Shown one piece after another: positions 26,067-36,570 of a stretch of DNA of 37,567 bases. This DNA is from Phoronis australis. Taxonomy: Eukaryota > Animalia > Phoronida. The notes under the pieces are model-generated. The model saw nothing but the letters and a program-made list of their open reading frames with translations. It did no database searches and was not told the origin of the DNA. Position 1 is the stretch's first letter. Every line of letters starts with the position of its first letter. The DNA is taken from assembly GCA_002633005.1 (NCBI GenBank), contig NMRA01000651.1:172633-210199 (forward strand), in the 5' to 3' direction. The position numbers and the translations under genes were made by a program.

Positions 26067-27473
26067 CCCTTACAAAAATGAACTTAACTTTTCATCAAAA
26101 AACTTAAAGTTTTTCAAAAACTTAAGTTTCTGAAACTTAAGTTTTTGAAAAACTTAAGTTTTGGAACAAGTTTTTAGAAACAAACATAAGTCATCAAAAC
26201 TCAAGTTTTTGATAAGTTTTCAAGGAACTAACTTTTGAAAACTGAAGTTTTCTAAAAGCAATAAGTTTCAATAGGACAGGCATTCCAAAATTCCGATTTT
26301 CCCTAAAACAAGAGTGGAGTGCAGTAGCAAATTTAATGATTCACATGAAGATTTAACAAACTAGAGTTCTATTAACATTTCATTAACAGTGATTAATTGC
26401 AGAAAATAAAATGCACTTCCTAAAGTTCACTAGTTCCTTGAAAAAGTGAACAAAAGTGAAATATCAAAATCTTAAAAACCAGAAACATTTCAAAAATCAG
26501 TTCATCAAGTGTCATGCACACAATGCATTGAAAACTAAATGATGCTAATAATATATTCATATTTGCATCGTTCTCAGTCTATGGCAATTATGCGATAACT
26601 GAGGGAGCAAAATGGAATGTACAAACAGATCAATCACTACCAAATCATGAAACACAACCAAAGAAAATGTGATTACATAGCCAGGAAGCACAACAACAAA
26701 AATCTACGTTTCAACAGCACAGACTTTTTCAACTAAAATTACAGTAATGACACCAAGAATAACAAATCACTTAATATGCAAAATCCAAGAATATCCGCAG
26801 AGACAAAAGCATAACATAAAACGTAACAGGTAAATAAAAGTATATGGACAATGGCCGCAGATCTGATTTTGGAAAGTACAACCCATTAGCTAGAAATAGT
26901 GCTTAGAATCACCTATCATTGTTTTCAACCTTAAAAATATCAATTTAAAAGTCAAAATTTCGTTTTGTTGACAATCATAATAACAGTTAATCCAATACAT
27001 TCCATGGTGCGAACAAGTTTCACTAAAAGTAACCCTAAGTACAACCTGGTTATACGAGATGGAAATTAGAAAACTTAGACCTTTGACCACAAAAATATTC
27101 TTTTTCCTTTAATTTAAAGCTACTGAACTTCATACACATATCTATAGGGCCTTTCATACTAACATCGACGCGTCGAAGTTTTTGGGAGTTAATGTCAATG
27201 TGAACGCTTAAACTTTGGTCCTGGAAGGAAGTTAACAGTGCCGGTTAACTTCGCACTAAACAGGTGGATTTGAGTGCTTAGCGTCAACGCCGCCACGCAG
27301 TATAAACGATCAACTTCGGTCCTATCGAAGTTATTGCCAGGGGCGACTGTTATCATTAACAATTGCATAGTAGTGTGATGGCTAATAGTTCGCTATACCT
27401 TGCTCTAATATGAACAAATCAATTTAAAAATAAGTTTTAAGTCAATTAACACATGTAAATGTTCCCAAATTGT
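26067..27473 (+). repeat. Left arm of long inverted repeat
   Basis: Reverse complement of 28291-29911 at high identity; explains the mirror ORFs 26890..27090(-) and 28674..28880(+). Confidence 0.95.
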
Positions 27474-27642
27474 CACATCGTAGCGTGCAGTGTACCTCAC
27501 GATACCTTCGATCACGACAGCGTCACGTACTGTTTACTTCGAAGTTCATTATCTACCGAAGACAGAATGAACGGTCCAGTTAACTTCGCAGTATACGTCG
27601 ATGCTCCGCTCAGACAAGAGTTCAGTCAATGTGAAAGGGCCC
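27147..27642. mobile_element. PIF/Harbinger-like MITE nested in the foldback
   Basis: Ends GGGCCTTTCATACT / AATGTGAAAGGGCCC flanked by TA; internal GTTAACTTCGCA repeats. Only its left ~330 bp is mirrored in the right arm. Confidence 0.6.
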
Positions 27643-27649
27643 TATGCTA

Positions 27650-27880
27650 GACCACAAGCCACTTAATCTTCTTTAGCTGGATCTGCTCGCTTAGCTTCAC
27701 AGGCAAATACATGTAATCCATGTTTTGTGACTACAGACGCGCGTTTCCGATCTCAGATAACTGAATTTACAGGATCATGAGCTGCAGTTCATAAGTGCGT
27801 ACGTTGTATTGTCTGGATAGCCTTCCTTATCCAACGATTGTTGAAGGCACACTCTACAATAAAGGCAGCGAATTTTAATA
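27650..27880 (-). mobile_element. Possible Penelope GIY-YIG C-terminal/3' fragment in the foldback spacer
   Basis: NNRWIRKAIQT..LMNCSS*SCKFSY resembles RWIKEAIxI...MNRDxGxYxLS. Confidence 0.4.
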
Positions 27881-28290
27881 TCAGACGGGTAAAGGCTATC
27901 AGTATAAGACAACTTAACTTACTGGATATTTATCGTGCTGTTTATACAGCACTAATTTGTAAAACTTCCGGAATTACATACAGAGCCTAGAAAATAGTTT
28001 TCAAACTCAAAATTTAACCAATCACTATCCAGGATTCAAGTGCAAGACTAGTCTGCAAGTTTACACCAAGCATGGACTGCAGTGGGTAAGTTTTCCACAT
28101 ACTGTTTGGAATGAAGTTTTAATCCTGAATTCGCGACATTCAAAACAATTTTATGCTACACAAGTTGAATACAAAACATACACATGGTCACCTACCATGC
28201 TATCACAATCTAGAACAAACCGTGCATATGACAAAACTTAATGTGTTAATAACAGTTGTACTTCAGGCTAACCAGGTATTGTATTCTGAA

Positions 28291-29911
28291 ACAACTTGGG
28301 AACATTTAAATGTGTTAATTGACATAAAACTTATTTTTAAATTGATTGGTGATTATTATAGCAAGGTATCAGCAACTATTAGCCATCACATTACTATGGA
28401 ATTGTTAATGATAACAGTGGCCCCTGGCAATAACTTCGATAGGACTGAAGTTGATTGTTTATACTGCGTGGCAGCGTTGACGCTACGCAATTAAATCCAC
28501 CTCTTTTAGTGCGAAGTTAACTGGCGCTCTTAACTTCCTTCCAGGACCAAATTTAAGCGTTCATATTGACATTATCTCCCAAAAACGTCGACGCGTCGAT
28601 GTTAGTATGAAAGGCCCTATAGATATGTGTATGAAGTTCAGTAGCTTTAAATTAAAGGAAAAAGAATATTTTTGTGGTCAAAGGTCTAAGTTTTCTAATT
28701 TCCATCTCGTACATGTATAACCAGGTTGTACTTAGGGTTACTTTTAGTGAAACTTGTTCGCACCATGGAGTGTATTGGATTTACTGTTATTATGATTGTC
28801 AACAAAACGAAACTTTGACTTTTAAATTGATATTTTTAAGGTTGCAAACAATTATAGGTGATTCTCGGCACTATTTCTAGCATAAGGATTGTACTTCCCA
28901 AATTCATCCTGTGGCCAGTGTCGATAAACTTTTAGTTACCTGTTACGTTTTGTGTTATGTTTTTGTCTCTGCGGATATTCTTGGATTTTTCATATTAAGT
29001 GATTTGTTATTCTTGGAGTCATTGCTGTAATTTTAGTTGAAAAAGTCTGCTGTTGAAACGTAGACTTTTGTTGTAGTCCTTCCTGGCTATGTAATCACAT
29101 TTTCTTTGGTTGTGTTTCATGATTTGGTAGTGATTTCTCTGTTTGTACATTCCATTTTGCTCCCTCAGTTATCGCATAATTGTCATAGACTGAGAACGAT
29201 GCAAATAATGAATATATAATTAGCCTCATTTAGTTTTCACTGCATTGTATGCATGACACTTGATGAACTGATTTTTGAAATGTTTTTGGTTTTTAAGATT
29301 TTGATATTTCACTTTTGTTCACTTATTTTAAGGAACTAGTGTATTTTAGGAAGTGCATTTTATTTTCTGCAATTAATCACTGTTAATGAAATGTTAATAG
29401 AACTCTAGTTTGTTAAATCTTGATGAGAATCATTAAATTTGTTACTGTACTCCACTCTTGTTTTAGTGAAAGTCGAAATTTTTGAATGTCTGTCCTATTG
29501 AAATTTATTTCTTTTAGAAAACTTCAGTTTTCAAAAGTTAGTTCCTTGAAAACTTATGTTCGGAAAACTTAGTTTTCAAAAACTTAAGTTTTGATGAGTT
29601 TTACTAAAAACTTGTTCCAAAACTTAAGTTTTTCAAAAACTTAAGTTTCTGAAACTTAAGTTTTCCAAAAACGTAAGTATTTTTGAACAAGTTTTTTTAA
29701 ACGAAGTTAAGTTTTTAAAACTTAACTTTTCAGAAAATTTAAGTTTTTGAAAAACTTAAGTTTTTGAAAACTTAAGTTAGTTCCAAAAAACTTGTTCCAA
29801 ATTACTTAAGTTTTCGCCAAAAACTTAAGTTTTCGGGAATGAAAACATAAGTTTTTCAGACCAAAAACTTAAGTTTTTCGATGAAAACTTAAAGTTCATT
29901 TTTTGTAAGGG
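28291..29911 (-). repeat. Right arm of long inverted repeat with expanded palindromic array
   Basis: Mirror of 26067-27473; the array at ~29510-29900 is longer than its left counterpart (~26083-26270). Confidence 0.95.
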
Positions 29912-30502
29912 GGGCAGCCCCCCCTTGGCTGCCAGAAAAAATAAAACAGCATGAGCGTAGGGAAATGTTGAGTTTATTTATTAACCCCGGTAATTACAAT
30001 TATACGGATGAAACAAGTGTCAAATTCGGAACACGGCGCATTCGTAACGAAACTATGGCTAAGTATATGCTCTCCCGCGATATCCCAGGCGACCGGCAGT
30101 GGCGCTGCGCACTACGACTCTGTTTCCGTCGTCTGCTCCACTATGCAATGAGGAAAATTTACTTCATTTTTTAAAGAAAATGGAACCCGAGTGACGATGA
30201 AAAAACAAAAGCTGCTGGTAAGATGTGAGTTTTAATCGAAGCCTTAAAGAATCACTCAGAAACTCATAATTCTCTCTTTGTGAAACGATTTCCAAAGCAA
30301 TCCTGTCATTATTGCCAACACGAAAAACGGTTTTGGTCTTTTGGGCATTTGGAGACTATTTTAAATACAACAAATTTGCTAAGAACCGATTGCACAAAAT
30401 ATAAAACGTGTAATAAGCATTACAAAAAGAAGTACGTTTCGCGCGCAAACGCTGTGGACCGTAAACAAGTAGGTCTCTTAGTATAAGATTAGCAGTTAAA
30501 TC

Positions 30503-30567
30503 GTGGTGGTGTTGTAGTAAAGCACCCGCGCGCTATCAGCGAGGTCGTGAGTTCGTGTCTGTGCCAC
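30503..30567 (+). other. Degenerate tRNA-derived (A/B box) module
   Basis: TGGTGTTGTAGTAAAGC...GAGGTCGTGAGTTCGTGTC. Confidence 0.5.
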
Positions 30568-30639
30568 TTTCAGTTTTTCCTGTTTGACAAGTTCTCCGTG
30601 TTTTTTTTTTCTTGGATAATACTTCAAGAATCAAAGAAA

Positions 30640-30814
30640 ATGTTTGATTTTCAGAGGAAAAAACAGAAAAATTTCCTGGGCCGGAGGGTGGCAAACCCCC
30701 CCTCCCGACCTCCCCCCATTCGGTGCTATACGCATCTACAATCAGGGGGTGCGCAAATGCTTACAGCGGGACAAAATGTTGGGCCCCCCTTGTGATATCC
30801 TAGATCCGCCACTG
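30640..30814. mobile_element. Truncated hAT-like MITE end
   Basis: C/G-run-rich segment ending CTAGATCCGCCACTG (reverse complement CAGTGGCGGATCTAG); no matched partner end or TSD. Confidence 0.55.
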
Positions 30815-31962
30815 CCAATTGTGGCCAGTCGATTTTAGAACGCTTTCTGGCACTAACCTGACTTCCAAAACTTCTGAAATCTCTTCTTGCTGGCTCTGCT
30901 CGTAGTAATGTGAACTTCATTATCGCGGGCTAGCCAACACACGACTTTTTCTTCGAAGTTGACTGTCGGTTACAAATTCAAAAGTTGACTTCCGGTGGAA
31001 ACTGGATTACGAATACACCTCAACACAAAAGAAACTTGCACAATAACTACATAAGTTCTATTGATTATATTGTACTGACCAAGTCAGTGTCTCAGGGTAT
31101 TAACATTGGGTGCATTCTTACTGCTGTTGGTCACCGGATGTTCGTCTACATTTAAATTCACAATGACGTGCCATAATGATTACGTAATTGCACTAATTCT
31201 GCACTGACCAGGTTAAATGTTCGTCGTTTTATGGTTTGTATCTGTATAAATGTTAAGGAAACATTCAGGAAACATTTTTATGAGATAATGGGTTTGCATG
31301 AGCAAACAATAATTTAAGTTTTTCCTCTAAAACTTAATAAGTTATTTTCCAAAAACTTAAGTTTTTTCGCCAAAAACTTTTTCAGCGAAAATCTTAAGTT
31401 CATTTTTGTAAGGGATGATACTGTTGGCTGTATAAATAAAGTATACAGTTTTTACGTGGGATTGTGTGTTCATGAAATTACAGACTATGTACTTGTACCA
31501 CATCTCAATTCAGAGAAACATTTTTTTGTGAAAAATAAACGCCTGGATGAATCTACCATTGGCGCCTTCAATGATGTTTTGTTCTTTGTAAAGTAGATTT
31601 ACTGTAACTAGTCCGATGTTGTCGGATTGAATTGGTAATCTGGGATTTTCAATGCCGGTTGCTGATCCAAAATTTTTCGAATGGTGTTCGCAAATTAAAT
31701 AATGTCAAGCCACTGTGTTAAATTATCATTTAAGTGTTATTAATAAGAGGTGGATTCATCATTCTGCAGCCATGTCTTTGTTACCTTGTTCTCATTTCTT
31801 TACATTTGTTTATGTTTCGTTTCCTTGTTTTCTATAGATCCCCCCAACCCCCTTGCTATAGTGCACTCTCTGTTGACTGAACTTGATGACATAATTGATA
31901 AGCCATTTTATACCACAGTATTGGCGTCAAATGGCAGATACAACCGTGTAATAACCCATAAA

Positions 31963-31984
31963 GTTATCTCACTAGTGAGATAAC
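31963..31984. repeat. Perfect 22-bp palindrome
   Basis: GTTATCTCACTAGTGAGATAAC is its own reverse complement. Confidence 0.95.
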
Positions 31985-31998
31985 GATTTGGCGGGAAA

Positions 31999-32067
31999 CC
32001 AAGGACGGACTCGAACTCGGGACCCTGAAATTTGCTGGTCGCCGACTTTACCACTACACTATGCAGC
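31999..32067 (-). other. tRNA-derived module with good A and B boxes
   Basis: Minus strand GCTGCATAGTGTAGTGGTAAAG...GGGTCCCGAGTTCGAGTCC; the acceptor stem does not pair, so not a functional tRNA. Confidence 0.65.
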
Positions 32068-32613
32068 GGCTGACGTCATCAACAGTGAAATTAGAATACT
32101 TAAATGAGCACGCGCAATAATCGCACGTTCAACAAACCGCATTGTACTGTACTTATACGTTACGAAAAATAAGACACATAATTTCCATAAAAATGATATC
32201 TTAATTCAGTGAAAATTTTCTCTCATGTCCTCTTACTTGTAAATCACCGATCTACAGTTTGAATGCGGGTATCGTGTCGTCAGGATCTTTGACTTGAGAA
32301 TTATATTCAGTTACCAGTGGTAACCTACTTTAGCAGACGATAATTTCCCGGTCGAAGCTTAGCGTGAAAAAACGTGTTTTAAGCTATAATAGTAGGTAAA
32401 CCTTAATTTATTAATTCAATTTATTTCTATTATATTTAAGTTTTCAATTGGTTTTGAGTAAAAGCATTATTTGACGAAAATAGCCCGGCTTTTCTTAAAA
32501 GGTCACGACCTCCGACCCCGGGCCTCTGACATAGAAAGTAGTTACAAAGCCGTGGAGAGTCAGAAAAGGTAAATCGATTCATTGCAATGTTTCTCGTTTA
32601 GTATGTGGTATAA

Positions 32614-32777
32614 ATAGAGTATTACCTGTTCTCAGCCGTTACCCCCCTTATCTAGAGCCCTCATGGATTTTGGAGAATTATCACTCTCATGGCTAAAGCC
32701 CCTCGGGCGATAATTCTCCAAAATCCACTCGGGCTCTAGATAACGGGGGATTACGACTTCGCCATGTAATAATCTAT
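32614..32777. mobile_element. ~164-bp fully palindromic hairpin MITE
   Basis: CCCCCTTATCTAGAGCCC..TGGATTTTGGAGAATTATC pairs with GATAATTCTCCAAAATCCA..GGGCTCTAGATAACGGGGG. Central GGCTAAAGCC; ends ATAGA..TCTAT. Confidence 0.85.
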
Positions 32778-34278
32778 ATGTATTCTGCATACCAGTAATA
32801 GTCTAAACCTTAGTCCTACACCTAGCCCTATTGTTCACTCTTGACTTTTGTTTACAAAATAATCCAGTCCAGTCAATACCCTGATTGCTTAGTTTAATAT
32901 TTAGCACAGATTCCAGTGAGTAAACTATGTTTCACTTGTTGAACCTTTTCTTGCTATCATGCAGCCCTTGCTTGACAGTGCCCATGTATTCCTCGTTTTC
33001 GAACCACTCATTAAAGCGTTTTATGGGGTTCTGTTTCTTTTCATGAATGTTTTCCTCGTTGGTTTCTAATTCGTTCAACTGCTTCCAAAAACTTCCATTT
33101 CTTCATAATTTTAAAACTCCTAAGTCCTGAGCATTGAGAAACACTCAACAATCCCTCTCAAAATGTTGCCCTTCCAAACAGTGATGTGACCTTCTGACTA
33201 CATGAGTGTAAGTTGTGGTGCACTACTGCACGTGCACAAGGTCACCAGCACCAGAAGTTTTAAAATCACACCACCAAAACAGTGATTGTTTACATTTCAG
33301 AGAGCTCGCATCGACAATTTCAAGAAGGTATTAATACTGCTTGACAGTTGCATTTTTGTACACGTTGAAGCCTGGAGAATACAGACTTGATCAGGGCTCG
33401 GGGTTTTCGTCTTTTCAGAGGAATTCCTTTGTTGGTGTCGATTTCCTCTTATTTGATTTCCAGTTTCCTCTTGTTATCATTTTTTCGACTTTATTAAATG
33501 TTAAGTTCAGATAAATTTTACAGCAAAAATGTCTATCACACAAGCCCATTTTTTGTGTATCATACATCAGCTGGAAATTTCTCCTCTGTTTTTGTTATTG
33601 CTCATTCTAAGCTCTGATTATTTTTCGTGAAGTAACCAGAAAGGATTTCATAACACCAGTTTATTGTGCCGGATTCTTGTTGGGTTTATCAACTGTAAAC
33701 TATCACTAATAAAATATCCACGTACAGGTAAGTCATTATGTATAGGAGCATAGGATAATAGGCACTTGGCTTAAGGACAAAATTCCAAACGTAATTTCGA
33801 GTTTCGTTTCCTGTAAAAAGATCAATGACAGGGCCCAGGTATCAATTCCGGTATTTTTGGCGCTTAATCATGTTTGAAAGTGTTGTACTGTGTTTGGAAA
33901 TTTGTTTGAAAAGCTGTTTTTTTTCTGCTGAACAGCGTATGACCTTACTGGATTTAAGGGCCCCACCAGAGCATTTATTAGTGTGCCCTCAACTCATTTC
34001 CAATGTTCTACGTATATCAAATGCTCTGAGATGCCAGCAGGGTAGTATTCTGCATGCAGCTTTGTTGACCATTGTGGCCAGTGCGAATGTCCTACTCGCA
34101 TGTATATGAATGCATAGTATGATATGTGCCTTGTATTCAGTGAATGACCTGGATGCTTCATGCAAAAGCACTAATTTGAAGAGTGGCCTACTTGTTATGT
34201 GGAATGCACACAATGCATTGTCAAAGCGAGGTGAACGTATGCGGCTGGGTTTTTGTTTTCATACTCATAATCCCCTTC

Positions 34279-34314
34279 GTCTGGTAAAGTCACTGAACGA
34301 GAAAACGCTGTGTA
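34279..34314 (-). repeat. Dispersed degenerate coding-like module, copy 3
   Basis: YTAFSRSVTLPD. Confidence 0.6.
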
Positions 34315-34487
34315 TGCAGGCACCCTGTTCCAGTGCGGGCATTTGGGCAGTGTCTTGATAGCCCCTTGCTAATAAGCGGCCGGGCTCTTCCCCTTCCACC
34401 CTGAGAATGTGTCCCTTTGCTGGTAATGTGAATTGGGGCACATTCGTAAAACTGACCAGCTACACCCGATAAAAGTACATTTGCATT

Positions 34488-35290
34488 CCTACACCATGGG
34501 TCACGGCCGTCTACCCGATTCCTACTAAACAAACACCGGTTTGCTGCGACAGAGTCGGTAACTCGGTCGCAGCAAACCGCAGTGGCGACCGAGTTACCGA
34601 ATCGGTCGCCACTGCGGTCGGCATTTGGTTTGGAAATCTGGTCCAGTCTTTGGAGACTTATCCGGATTACGCTGCAACTACATAGGATATTATGCTTCCA
34701 TGAATTAAGTCGTGATGGCACCTCTGTTATTACACTGAAAATGAAAGCACAGTCAACCTTTTCCTGAATGCTTTTACAAAATGTGCAGTCAAGCATTCCT
34801 GAAAAAAAGATCCGTCTGACATATTTGGTCTCGTTTGGAAATATGTTTATGCGAAGTAAGCGTGAAATTCTATGTTTACTGAAGGTTCGAATTCCAGTCT
34901 TCCTGTCATCAATAGTGTTTTGCTTTCCCCGACTGTGGAGTAGATTTAGTTCACAGATTGGCTCGTAGTCTCAACTGGTCTCTTTACTTTTTGACTCGGG
35001 AGTGTTAACAAATTGGGATGTGGGTACTCTTCGGATCGTCATTCTGTTGACGGGAAATTTTATGAAATTGTAAAGAACGCGATGCGTTTTCAAAACGACA
35101 TCGGGGTCGTGTAGCATGGGTCTTATAGTAACAATAAGATACGAATGCGTCAAAGTGATTCTGCAAAAGGCTAGTCGATAGGCTAGAGTCAGCAGAAAGA
35201 GTCCGCAAGTCGGCACTGCAGTCGGCTAAAAAGTTGCATACAGTCGGCTATTTTGCAGACCGGTCGACGACCGGTGGCCGACCGCGTGGG
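34488..35290. mobile_element. Degenerate GTCG/CGAC-rich MITE related in motif content to 12381-13038
   Basis: Subterminal TCGGTCGC/GCGACCGA repeats; GGTCGACGACCGG shared with ~12424. Ends imperfect, no TSD. Confidence 0.5.
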
Positions 35291-36269
35291 AAAAACGCGA
35301 ACTGTGCTTTCTAATGAGAACGAAAACTTTAACAAGCTGAGAACACCTACAAGGGTTGATCAACATTTTACCTAATACCCGGATCGCAATCAGCAACGCA
35401 GACAGATGCTGCTGCTGGTTTGAATAATTTATTCACTGACTACCCATTACCTTACAACTGCTAGACTAATATTCATTAGGTCACGTGATGTGACCAAAAA
35501 GATGGCGGAATGAACGGGATAAATTGTTTGCAACATATTCCACTCCTCACTGAAATAGATTTATGTATACAAATTCTAATTCTCAACGTTGCATCTATAC
35601 TTTACAAACCTGGAAGTACACTGTACATGTACATGTACTTCCTGGGGTCTTTGTCATGAAATGTGCCTTGACGAAATTGTGTCTCACGCCGCTCTCAGTG
35701 GATAGCCTTTTGCGGTGTGATTTTAATTGAGACGCAATTGACGCAAATTCTCAAATTAGCAATTTTGAAAACACAGAAACTTTTGTAGCCTTCTGAAATG
35801 AGATTTAATCATTTTTCGGACATAGTTTCGTGGGGCTGAAAACGAAATTTCTGACTTGATCTTCACGGCAGTTTTCTATGAAACTATATATGAAGAACAA
35901 AATCATCTACATGTACATCAAATCATGTTGTTGTCTTATACAGGCGTATTGGCACATGCAGTTTAACCTGCATAAGAAACGGTGCAACCTTCAGTCAGTG
36001 CATTCTTCATGTGAGTAACATTCATGACACGAAACATTAAATGCTTTTGGCAGTTAATACACAACAGAAACAACTATTTCTTTAAAAATGGTTTTGATGT
36101 TGAGATTAACAATCAAGACATGGGTATACTTGTACACCCAATTGCCGCATTGTTATGTAGTTAGTTTTTAAAGTGTGTTAAAAACGAAGACTAATCCATT
36201 TTGCGTCTGCTCGTCATATGTTTCTTGGTTGTTACTGACACCACTGGCGCAATCCTTAGCATCATGCGA

Positions 36270-36570
36270 CGAGGTTAAACTGAAATGTGCTGACATAAAT
36301 TGACTCGGGCTACGAATCCTTCTTGCCATAATAAACTGTTTTTTTGATATGGCACGTTGTTCGTCGGCCTGTGACTTGACTTGGAACATTTGGTCTTCCG
36401 ACAGCTTCACAATCCTTACCCAAATCTGTTGTAGTTTTGCAATTCTGTTGATGTTGCGTCAGTTCACCGTGAAATCTGTAACGTAACAAGCGCTCTTTGG
36501 AGCGTCTCATAAACCAGCATGAGGGATTTTGTGCGCTAAACAATTCAGCAGTCAGTGACCGAACCATGAC
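36270..36570 (-). pseudogene. Possible third, highly decayed THAP domain
   Basis: Across frameshifts: MVRS..NC, RYRF, WVRIVK, KQFI.GKKDS*PESIYVSTF (cf. HFxxGKKSxxPxxxDYVPTIF). Confidence 0.35.

Larger units (their letters stand above)
26067..31414. mobile_element. Large non-autonomous CACTA/EnSpm-like foldback element (CCCTTAC..GTAAGGG), composite
   Basis: AT|CCCTTACAAAAATGAACTTAA at 26067; matching inverted ends at 29911 and at 31414|AT (2-bp TSD only with the latter). AAAACTTAAGTTTT arrays next to each end. Confidence 0.8.

Noticed and set aside
26890-28880. Two near-identical short ORFs on opposite strands as duplicated genes
   Set aside because: They are mirror images within the non-coding inverted arms.
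30097-30814. Complete hAT MITE from CAGTGGCG (30097) to CGCCACTG (30814)
   Set aside because: Only 8 bp match and the flanking 8-mers differ, so there is no TSD.
31999-32067. Functional tRNA gene
   Set aside because: A/B boxes are present, but the acceptor and anticodon stems do not pair.
34290-34796. 168-aa minus-strand ORF
   Set aside because: Runs through the GC-rich end of a MITE into unrelated DNA; chance open frame.
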